DNA from: Calditrichales bacterium
GTDB lineage: Bacteria > Calditrichota > Calditrichia > Calditrichales > J004
DNA length: 64,000 nt
Direction: 5' to 3'
Assembly (NCBI GenBank): GCA_965267575.1
Contig: OZ254086.1
Span: 736,001 to 800,000 of the forward strand
Shown here one piece after another: positions 38,120-46,288 of the stretch (positions are counted from its first letter, which is position 1; every line of letters starts with the position of its first letter). The position numbers and the translations under genes were made by a program. The notes beneath the pieces were generated by a model that did no database searches, was not told where the DNA came from, and saw only the letters and a program-made list of their open reading frames with translations.

Positions 38120-39241
38120 ATGACAACTTCTCAAGATAGTATTATTGAACTGTTCCTGCAGTTGGTAGCCATAGATGCCGTTTCCAAAGCGGAAAAACCT
38201 GTCGCCGATTTTATCCGCAATTATCTTAATAAAAGAGAGATTGAAGTTTTTGAAGACAAAAGCGGATCGATCGTCGGTGGTAACAGCGGCAACATCATAG
38301 CACGGGTAGGAAATGGCACGGCGCCCAAAATAGCCTTCACCGCACACATGGATACGGTTAAATCCACCAGGGGCATTAAACCGCAGCAGGTAGACGGTAT
38401 GATACGCACAGACGGTCATACGATTCTAGGTGCGGACAACCGGGCAGGCATCGCCATAATCCTGCACAGCATCGATCGTCTTCTGCAATCGCGCAAAGAA
38501 TTCCCTTCCTTTGAAATAATTTTTACAATCGGCGAAGAAACGGGCCTGTTCGGTTCCATGAATTTGGACCTGAGCATCCTGCAATCGCGCATTGCCTATA
38601 CGCTGGATTCTTCCGCCGATCCCGGCAAATATGTGCTGGCCGCTCCCTCCGCCTGGGAGTTTAAAATCCGTCTTACGGGAAAAGGCAGCCATGCGGCCGT
38701 AAATCCCGGTGCCGGCATAAACGCAATCACCATGGCAAGAGATCTTTTAGGCGAAATAAATACAGGCCAGGTCGACCCGCATACCACCGTTAATGTCGGT
38801 GTCATTAAAGGCGGCGAAGCCAATAACATTGTGCCCGAGTCGGTCTTTATGAGCGGCGAAGTACGCTCTTTCCGTGAAGAGAGTCTCAAAAAATATCTGA
38901 AACAGATTGAAGAGTGCTGCCGCCAGATCAGCGGACGTTACAACGGGCGTTGCGGGTATGAGCAGGAACGGGCTTTCCCCGGATTTCATCTGGACAGTAA
39001 CACGCCCGCCATTCGCCTGCTGGAAGAAGCTTACCAGACTAACAACCTGACACCCGATCCGCTGGTTTATCACGGCGCTTCCGATGCCAATATTCTCAAC
39101 GGCCGTGGCATCACCTGTATCGATGTCGGTATCGGCGCCAAGAACCCGCACAGCTTTGACGAATACATAGCGGTTGCAGATCTGGTTAAAATGTCCGATG
39201 TTGTGCTCACTTTGGTACAAAATCAGGCATGTTTAGAATGA
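38120..39241 (+). CDS. M20-family metallopeptidase (peptidase T-like), cytoplasmic
   Basis: AHMDTV, LGADNRAG, GEETG, GSHAA, SDAN, PHSFDE; no signal peptide. Confidence 0.88.
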   Translation: MTTSQDSIIELFLQLVAIDAVSKAEKPVADFIRNYLNKREIEVFEDKSGSIVGGNSGNIIARVGNGTAPKIAFTAHMDTVKSTRGIKPQQVDGMIRTDGHTILGADNRAGIAIILHSIDRLLQSRKEFPSFEIIFTIGEETGLFGSMNLDLSILQSRIAYTLDSSADPGKYVLAAPSAWEFKIRLTGKGSHAAVNPGAGINAITMARDLLGEINTGQVDPHTTVNVGVIKGGEANNIVPESVFMSGEVRSFREESLKKYLKQIEECCRQISGRYNGRCGYEQERAFPGFHLDSNTPAIRLLEEAYQTNNLTPDPLVYHGASDANILNGRGITCIDVGIGAKNPHSFDEYIAVADLVKMSDVVLTLVQNQACLE

Positions 39242-40086
39242 AGGACATCCAGCAAACCATTGTTGAAAAGGCGGGGAGTTTCTCCAAAAACCAGAAAGCG
39301 CTGGCCAACTACCTGCTGGAAAACCTGGAAACGGTGCCCCTGCTTTCGGTGAACGAAGTGGCCCGCAATGTAGGATGCAGCACGGCCACCGTTGTACGCT
39401 TTACCCGCGTTCTTGGTTTTGACGGCTACCTCGATTTTCGCAATCACCTGCTGAAACTGCTTAAAACAAAACTTTCACCACTGGAACGATACAAGGAAAC
39501 TCTGTCCCAAAAAGCGGAGATGCCCAATACCCTGGAAAAGGTCTCCGATCAGGTGATCGAGAATCTTAAATACAGTGTAAAACACAACGATCTGAATGAA
39601 TTCAAACAAATCGTTGAACATATACGCAAGGCGGAAAATATCTTTTGCGCGGGGCTGGGCATCAGCAAACACATGTCCGAGATCCTGACTTACCTGCTGA
39701 AACTGTACATGAAAAAAGCATTTACGCTGACCAACGATTCACCTTCTTTTCAGGAGCAGGTAATTCTGCTAAACCCAAAAGATCTGCTTTTTGTGTTCAG
39801 CTTTCCGCCCTACAGCCGGCCGACGGTGGACCTGGCCAGGGAAGCCAGCGAGATGGGCATCACGGTCATCGCCTTCACAGATAAGCGCACAGCACCCGTA
39901 ATGGAGTTTTGCGAACACGCCCTGCTGGCGCGCAGTGACAATATTCTGTTTACAAACTCACTCGGCGCCATTGCCGCCCTGATGAACGCGCTCATCACCG
40001 AGCTGGCCTTGTGCGAAGAAACCACGGTGATCAGCGGCCTGGAAAAAGTGGAAAACTATCTTAACGACAAGCGCTACTTTTATTAA
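39238..40086 (+). CDS. MurR/RpiR-family transcriptional regulator
   Basis: HTH S.ATVVRFTRVLGFDGY plus SIS domain (GLGIS, SFPPYS, FTD); ATG 39238 overlaps the M20 stop (alternative start 39229). Confidence 0.9.
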   Translation: MKDIQQTIVEKAGSFSKNQKALANYLLENLETVPLLSVNEVARNVGCSTATVVRFTRVLGFDGYLDFRNHLLKLLKTKLSPLERYKETLSQKAEMPNTLEKVSDQVIENLKYSVKHNDLNEFKQIVEHIRKAENIFCAGLGISKHMSEILTYLLKLYMKKAFTLTNDSPSFQEQVILLNPKDLLFVFSFPPYSRPTVDLAREASEMGITVIAFTDKRTAPVMEFCEHALLARSDNILFTNSLGAIAALMNALITELALCEETTVISGLEKVENYLNDKRYFY

Positions 40087-40109
40087 ACACAAACCGGTTC
40101 AGGTATAAC

Positions 40110-40922
40110 ATGAAGATTTTCTGGTTAATTCTGCTATCTCTCACCCTGCTTTTTTGCACCCAACAACAACCCGAACCCACAAAGGGCAACCTGCTGATTA
40201 TCGGTGGTGGCAAGCGCCCGGATTACGTGATGAAAAAATTCGTTGATCTGGCCGGTGGCCCTGAGGCGCGTATCGCAATTATCCCCACGGCAAGCTCATA
40301 CTACCTGGAATCGGGTAAGCGCTATAAAGAGACATTTCTGGAGCTGGGCGCTGCAGAAGCCGCTTCCTTTAATATTCTTACCACGGAAATTGCCAACAGC
40401 GACAGCATTGCGGAAGCGCTTAAAAGCTACGACGGCTTTTTCTTTGGCGGCGGTAACCAGAACAAGCTGACAGAATTTATGCTGGGCACGCGGGCATTGC
40501 AGATCATTAAAGATGCTCATGCCAATGGCGCAGCGATTGGCGGTACCAGCGCGGGCGCGGCCATTATGAGCGATATCATGATTACCGGTGACGGCAACTG
40601 GGAGATTGCCGTTCGCGACAGCGTTGTGACAACGCAGGGTTTCGGCTTTGTGCAAAACACCGTCATCGATCAGCACTTTTTCGCGCGGCGGCGCTTTAAC
40701 CGGCTGCTGGCCGTATGTGTGCAAAACAGGGTAAACGGCCTGGGCATAGACGAGAGCACGGCCATTTGGGTAAAGCCGGATAATACAATGGAAGTAATTG
40801 GCGAGAGCATTGTCATCGCCCTGGATACGCAGCAGGCGCGCTGGCCGGAAAAAAGCGATTCGCTGTTAACGGCCCGAGATCTCAGGCTGGGCATATACAA
40901 ACACGGCGACACACTTCCCTAA
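40110..40922 (+). CDS. Cyanophycinase (peptidase S51), probable lipoprotein
   Basis: Lipobox-like LLFC; IIGGG, IPTAS, GGGNQ, GGTSAGA (Ser), DQHF..RRRFNRL (His), GIDESTA (Glu). Confidence 0.88.
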   Translation: MKIFWLILLSLTLLFCTQQQPEPTKGNLLIIGGGKRPDYVMKKFVDLAGGPEARIAIIPTASSYYLESGKRYKETFLELGAAEAASFNILTTEIANSDSIAEALKSYDGFFFGGGNQNKLTEFMLGTRALQIIKDAHANGAAIGGTSAGAAIMSDIMITGDGNWEIAVRDSVVTTQGFGFVQNTVIDQHFFARRRFNRLLAVCVQNRVNGLGIDESTAIWVKPDNTMEVIGESIVIALDTQQARWPEKSDSLLTARDLRLGIYKHGDTLP

Positions 40923-40926
40923 AAAG

Positions 40927-40951
40927 AAAGGCGGCTCGCTGGCCGCCTTTT
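40927..40951. terminator. Bidirectional intrinsic terminator
   Basis: AAAGGCGGC-TCGCTG-GCCGCCTTTTT between convergent genes. Confidence 0.85.
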
Positions 40952-40961
40952 TAGTTCCTGC

Positions 40962-42518
40962 TTACTTCAAAAGCATCATCTTGTGGGTTTTTATAAAACC
41001 GCCGGCCTGCATACGCACAAAGTAAATGCCGCTTGGCAGAACCTGACCGGTCGCATCACGGCCATGCCATTTTACTTTATGACGGCCCGCTTCCTGGCGC
41101 TCGTTGCGCAGAGTCTGCACTTTTTGGCCGCGCACGTTAAATACGGCAAGCTGTACCTCGCCGGCTTCTTTCAGATCATATAAAATCACGGTGCTGGGGT
41201 TAAAGGGATTGGGCCGGTTGGGATAAAGATTATAAGCTGTCGGCAGCACGGCAACCCGCTCATCAGCCAGGCCGGTGGCGATGGGTGTTTCCAGCATGAA
41301 TGTGTCGCTGAAGGCCTGCTTAAAGCCATCACTGACCTTTACCGTCCAGCGATATACCGTTTCATAATCAAAGAAGGCCGTATCGCTAAACGCAAGGCTT
41401 GTATCCTGTACGGTGATGCTGGTGTCGCTGCTGTCGCTGAACAGCGTCCAGGTGTAATCGAGCACATCGCCGTCAACATCCGCAGAGCGGCTCCAGGCAA
41501 AGGCGATAACCTGGTCCAGGGAATCCAGCATTAAGCCATCCTGTGGTTGCAGCAGCACGAAAGCGGCGGGCGGGTCATTTACTGGGTTGACGGTAATATG
41601 CACCACCGCCGTGTCACTTCCGCTAACGCTGTCTGTAATCACATAACTGAAGGAGTCGCTTCCCCAGAAATCGGGATTGGGCGTGTAGCTGAACAGGCTA
41701 TCGGAAAGACGAAGCAATTCGCCGTGTTCCGTGGAGTCGTAACTTGTGATGTAAATCGGATTGTCATCTGGGTCACTGTCGTTTGCCAGCGGCAGAATAT
41801 GGATGCTGCTGTCTTCGGGGACCTCCACCAGGTCGCGTTTAGCCCGCGGGTATTGGTTTTGTGAAAAACCCTGGTAGCGCACCTGCGCCTGCGAATAATT
41901 GTAGAAGCCGAAGCGTCCGGCCGGAAAGGTGCCGGTGGTATCAAAAACCACCATAGAATCAATCATGATCTGGATGCGGTTTTCTTCATAAAGTACATCG
42001 ACGTCGTACCAGGTATTATCTCCCCAGCCATACTGATTGCCATAAAGACTGTCAATAACCACAAAACTATCTGCAGATTGGTGCGCCCAGAACTGAGGCC
42101 CGATCTGGTCAAACGTTCCGTCCACGCGGGAAAGCGCCCAGCCTTCCTTGGCAAGCCGGCCGTCAAAAACCTGGTCTGCCTGTTTCCAGTCAAACAAAAT
42201 ATATTTATAGCGATTGTCTGCATCACCGTTGGCGCGGATGGGGCTTTCGTAACCCAGCACGATACCGATATAGTCATTGTCGCTGGATGTTTCCACACGG
42301 ATCTCACCGTGAAATGTGGTGTTGATAAGCGTGTCCGGGCTTACAAAAAACGTCGGCGCGCCGTTCTGCGTCTGTTTCACGGAAAAGCCGTCGTCGGAAA
42401 CATTCCAGGTGCCGTTGCTCAAATCACCTTCCTGTGTCCATGTACGCAGATCAATCGGCGAAAGCTGCGCCCAGCCCAGCGCAATACTCAGAAAGAGAAA
42501 TGTTACAACCCTATGCAT
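40962..42518 (-). CDS. Secreted protein: thrombospondin-C-terminal-like lectin domain + Ig/cadherin-like repeat + FlgD-Ig sorting domain
   Basis: Start at ATG 42518 (GGAGG RBS); QTQN, DNDYIGIVLGY, DWKQ, GRFGFYNYSQ; EDS...LANDSDPD...YTPN.DF.G.DSF.Y, PVNDPP; PNPFNPST CTD. Confidence 0.75.
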   Translation of the reverse strand: MHRVVTFLFLSIALGWAQLSPIDLRTWTQEGDLSNGTWNVSDDGFSVKQTQNGAPTFFVSPDTLINTTFHGEIRVETSSDNDYIGIVLGYESPIRANGDADNRYKYILFDWKQADQVFDGRLAKEGWALSRVDGTFDQIGPQFWAHQSADSFVVIDSLYGNQYGWGDNTWYDVDVLYEENRIQIMIDSMVVFDTTGTFPAGRFGFYNYSQAQVRYQGFSQNQYPRAKRDLVEVPEDSSIHILPLANDSDPDDNPIYITSYDSTEHGELLRLSDSLFSYTPNPDFWGSDSFSYVITDSVSGSDTAVVHITVNPVNDPPAAFVLLQPQDGLMLDSLDQVIAFAWSRSADVDGDVLDYTWTLFSDSSDTSITVQDTSLAFSDTAFFDYETVYRWTVKVSDGFKQAFSDTFMLETPIATGLADERVAVLPTAYNLYPNRPNPFNPSTVILYDLKEAGEVQLAVFNVRGQKVQTLRNERQEAGRHKVKWHGRDATGQVLPSGIYFVRMQAGGFIKTHKMMLLK

Positions 42519-42741
42519 ATTACCTCCAATAAATTTATAAAAATTTCCAGTGCGTGAAAGGCCGGTAAAACAATCGGCAAAACCTGGCAAAAAACAATGC
42601 CTTTATAGTAACCACCGATTGCAGCGACCGCAATTCAGCATTTATCTTCGGCAGGAATCTCATATAATTTTGGATAAGGGCTTCGAAACTTTATTTTTGC
42701 GCATCAAGAATATATCAAATGAACTAACAGTTTAGGTAACC

Positions 42742-43452
42742 ATGACTATCTTATATGTTTTTCCACATCCCGACGATGAATCGTTTGGTCCCGCTCCGGT
42801 GATGCATAAAATGCTGCGGCAAGGTCATAACGTTCACCTGTTGACATTGACCAAGGGCGGAGCAACCAAACAGCGCCATAAATTCAATTACACGGTTGAA
42901 GAAATGGGAGAGGTGCGCCACAAGGAGATGCTGTGCGTGGAAAAGGTACTGGGCCTGACATCCATGACCGTTTTAGACCTGCCCGACAGCGGATTGAAGG
43001 AGATGGATCCCCGTACGATCGAGAACGTGGTACGTCATTATGTTGAGCAGATAAAGCCGGAAGTGATTGTTTCCTATCCTGTTCACGGCATCAGCGGCTT
43101 TTATGATCATTTGGTGATGCACGCCGTGGCCAAGCGCGTGTTCGTCGAGTTACGCGAACAGGTGCACTACCTGAAGCGTCTGGCGTTTACATCGCCCACC
43201 ATGGAAATGGCCACTAAAAATGAACATTTCCGGCTCAAAGGACTGACGGAAAAAGAAATCGACTGTATCGTTGAGGTTGAAGATCAGGATATCGAAGCAA
43301 CGCAAAAGGCGCTGGACTGCTACACCACCTACAAGGAAACAATCGACAACTCCGGCATCCGCGACATGATCATTCATAAACAATATTTTGAGTTTTTTGA
43401 CGAATCGTTCAGCCCGCCGCTGAGCGATTTGTTGGAGCGTCTGCCGAAATAG
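42742..43452 (+). CDS. PIG-L/LmbE-family deacetylase
   Basis: FPHPDDE, T.G, R.KE, LPDSGL, HGISGFYDH. Confidence 0.88.
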   Translation: MTILYVFPHPDDESFGPAPVMHKMLRQGHNVHLLTLTKGGATKQRHKFNYTVEEMGEVRHKEMLCVEKVLGLTSMTVLDLPDSGLKEMDPRTIENVVRHYVEQIKPEVIVSYPVHGISGFYDHLVMHAVAKRVFVELREQVHYLKRLAFTSPTMEMATKNEHFRLKGLTEKEIDCIVEVEDQDIEATQKALDCYTTYKETIDNSGIRDMIIHKQYFEFFDESFSPPLSDLLERLPK

Positions 43453-43479
43453 CCGGGCGCAAACAGAAAGGAGACCAAT

Positions 43480-44418
43480 ATGTCAGCCAATGTAAAAGGT
43501 ATTCATCATATAACAGCTATCTGCGGAGACGCGCAGACCAATGTCGATTTTTACAGCAAAGTGCTCGGTATGCGTTTTTTAAAGCAGACCGTTAATTACG
43601 ATGATCCGGGTACTTACCATCTTTATTACGGCGATGGAGACGGTAATCCCGGAAGTGTGCTCACCTTTTTCCCCTGGGGCAGCGGAAGCATTCGCGGCCG
43701 CGCCGGCAACGGGCAGGTTAACATCATCGGCTTTGCCGTGCCGTCGGGAAGCCTTAGTTACTGGAGCGAGCGGCTCGGCGAGAACAACATAGACTTCAGG
43801 GGGCCGGACAAACGCTTCGATGAAAGCTATATTTCATTCCGCGACCCGGACGGCATTATGTTGGAGCTGGTTGAAACCAACATCAAGGAATCGTCCTGGA
43901 AAGACGGTCCCGTGCCGCCGCAATACGGTGTTATCGGTTTTTACGGCGCCCTGCTTCACGTGAACGATCCCGGACCTACGGGTGCCCTTTTGGAATCACT
44001 GGGCTTTAAAAAGCTGTCGCGCAAGGACAACAACTATATCCGCTTCGCGATTGATGAAGGTGGCGCTTCGCGCTTTGTTGATCTGATCCACGCTTCGGAA
44101 GCGCCGCGCGGCTCGATGGGCGTGGGTGTCGTGCACCATATCGCCTTCCGCGCCCAGGATGATGACGCGCAGGTGCAGTTACGCAACAAACTGACCGGGG
44201 AAGGCTTTGATGTTACGCCGGTAATCGACCGTAAATATTTTCACTCCATCTACTTCCGCGAGCCGGCCGGTGTCATCTGTGAAATCGCCACTGACCCGCC
44301 CGGATTTACCGTGGACGAAAAGCCGGAGGAACTGGGCAAAAAACTGCAGCTGCCGCCATGGCTGGAAGAACGCCGCGAAGAGATAGAAGGCAAGCTGAAA
44401 AAACTGGAGATTGATTAA
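43480..44418 (+). CDS. Ring-cleaving dioxygenase (MhqA/MhqO-like VOC family)
   Basis: GIHHITA, KQTVNYDDP..YHLYYG, VHHIAFR, DRKYFHSIYFREP.G...EIATD.PGF. Confidence 0.9.
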   Translation: MSANVKGIHHITAICGDAQTNVDFYSKVLGMRFLKQTVNYDDPGTYHLYYGDGDGNPGSVLTFFPWGSGSIRGRAGNGQVNIIGFAVPSGSLSYWSERLGENNIDFRGPDKRFDESYISFRDPDGIMLELVETNIKESSWKDGPVPPQYGVIGFYGALLHVNDPGPTGALLESLGFKKLSRKDNNYIRFAIDEGGASRFVDLIHASEAPRGSMGVGVVHHIAFRAQDDDAQVQLRNKLTGEGFDVTPVIDRKYFHSIYFREPAGVICEIATDPPGFTVDEKPEELGKKLQLPPWLEERREEIEGKLKKLEID

Positions 44419-45057
44419 TTGCAAAACCACGATAACAGCAATATTGTCCTGGCCGGTGCCAAGCCGGATGAAGCCAAACGGGCGATGATCATGCTGCACG
44501 GACGCGGCGCCACGGCCGAAGGAATTATTGACCTGGCCGCTGAATTTAATCAGCCCGATATGTTGTATATAGCTCCGCAAGCCAGCGCCAATAGCTGGTA
44601 CCCGTTCAGCTTTATGAGCCCCATTGAGAAAAATGAACCCGGCCTAACATCGGCCTTGAACCTGATCCAAAAGCTTGTGGAAAGCCTTAAGGCCAAAGGC
44701 ATTACGGAGAAAAATATCTTTTTGCTGGGCTTTTCCCAGGGTGCTTGCCTGGCACTGGAATATGCTGCGCGCAACGCTACACGCTATGCCGGCGTTATCG
44801 GTCTCAGCGGCGGCCTGGTAGGGCCAGAGGATATCCGGTGGAATTACGACGGTTCATTTGCCGGAACACCGGTTTTCCTGGGCTGCGACGTTCAGGATGC
44901 CCACATTCCGGCACAGCGCGTAAACGCCAGCGCGGAAAAAATGAAACAAATGGGCGCCAATGTCATCTTACGCTTTTACAGGGATTTGGGCCATACAATT
45001 GCCCGCGATGAAATCGAAAGCATAAACGAAATACTGAAAAAGGGTATCGAAGCCTGA
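44419..45057 (+). CDS. Phospholipase/carboxylesterase (MhqD-like alpha/beta hydrolase)
   Basis: LHGRG, SWYP, GFSQG, D.HIP, GHTI; TTG start immediately after the upstream stop. Confidence 0.85.
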   Translation: MQNHDNSNIVLAGAKPDEAKRAMIMLHGRGATAEGIIDLAAEFNQPDMLYIAPQASANSWYPFSFMSPIEKNEPGLTSALNLIQKLVESLKAKGITEKNIFLLGFSQGACLALEYAARNATRYAGVIGLSGGLVGPEDIRWNYDGSFAGTPVFLGCDVQDAHIPAQRVNASAEKMKQMGANVILRFYRDLGHTIARDEIESINEILKKGIEA

Positions 45058-45068
45058 AACAATTCGTA

Positions 45069-45110
45069 CCTGCCATAGTCGCGGCCCAACCCGGTTATGG
45101 CAGGCATTTT
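45069..45110 (+). terminator. Putative terminator hairpin
   Basis: CCTGCCATA...TATGGCAGG followed by CATTTT. Confidence 0.55.
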
Positions 45111-45142
45111 CTTAAATCACTCAATTCCCGGGATTATCCAAA

Positions 45143-46288
45143 ATGAAACATATTAAATGGATTGCACCCCTTGCGATCATTTTAAGCGGCGCCGTTTTGG
45201 CTATGCTTCTTGCCTCCATGCGCGAGGAACCGCCAAAGCGTAAACCCCAGGTCCGCCCCAAAATTGTAGACGCCCGTGTTGTGGACCTGGTAACCACCTA
45301 TCCCGAAATCAAAGCCTTCGGAACACTTACGACAACGCAGCCGCTGCAGCTTATCAGCGAGGTGAACGGCATCCTGGAGCGCGGCAGCATTCCTTTCCAA
45401 TCCGGACGTTCATTTAAAAAAGGCGACCTATTGATAAAGGTGGATGAGCGCCAGGCAGAACTGAACATCAAAAGTCTTAAAAGCGATTTCCTCAACGCCA
45501 TGGCCGCCGTATTGCCGGAAATCAAAATCGATTTCCCCGATAGATTCCAGCGCTGGCAAAATTACTTTAACAGCGTCAGGTTTGAAGAAGAGCTGCCGCC
45601 CATGCCGGAAGTGAATGACCAGAAACTCAAGCTTTACCTGGCCCGCTTCAATATTTACAAGCTTTATTATGCCATCCGCCAGGCGGAAATCAATCTGGAA
45701 AAGCACTTTTTCCATGCCCCCTTCAATGGCACCATCCAAAGCGCCGATCTGCACGTTGGCTCGGCGGCGCGTAACGGCAGCCGCCTGGGCACTATCCTCA
45801 ACCTGGAAAAAATGGAAGTGCGCATCCCCATCCCTGTCAATCAACTGGCTTTTGTGGACAAGGAGCGTCCGGTAAAGCTGCGTTCCGCGGAAACCGGGCA
45901 AAGCTGGCAGGGAAAACTTTCACGCATCTCCCAAAGCATTGATGAGCGCACGCAGAGCATCGATGCCTTTATCGAGATTGACACGCCGCGGGCGGATGGA
46001 CTCTACGAGGGTATTTTTCTTAATGCGGGCATTCCCGTCAGACCTATCCCGGGCAGCAGCGAGGTGCCGCGCTACGCCCTGTATGATGACAACAAGGTCT
46101 ATCTTATCCGCGACGGCAAACTTTTTTACCAGACCGTGGATGTCGCCATTCGTCTCACCAATTCGGCCATTGTAAACGGCGGCTTGAACAGCGGCGATAC
46201 ACTAGTGACGGAACTGCTTCAGGGTGTGGCTCCGGGCATGCCGGCCACTGCCCGTTTTCTCGGTCTCGCTGAAGGGGCCGGCCAATGA
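45143..46288 (+). CDS. RND efflux periplasmic adaptor (MFP)
   Basis: N-terminal anchor, SEVNG, KKGDLL, APFNG.I, GLNSGD. Confidence 0.88.
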   Translation: MKHIKWIAPLAIILSGAVLAMLLASMREEPPKRKPQVRPKIVDARVVDLVTTYPEIKAFGTLTTTQPLQLISEVNGILERGSIPFQSGRSFKKGDLLIKVDERQAELNIKSLKSDFLNAMAAVLPEIKIDFPDRFQRWQNYFNSVRFEEELPPMPEVNDQKLKLYLARFNIYKLYYAIRQAEINLEKHFFHAPFNGTIQSADLHVGSAARNGSRLGTILNLEKMEVRIPIPVNQLAFVDKERPVKLRSAETGQSWQGKLSRISQSIDERTQSIDAFIEIDTPRADGLYEGIFLNAGIPVRPIPGSSEVPRYALYDDNKVYLIRDGKLFYQTVDVAIRLTNSAIVNGGLNSGDTLVTELLQGVAPGMPATARFLGLAEGAGQ

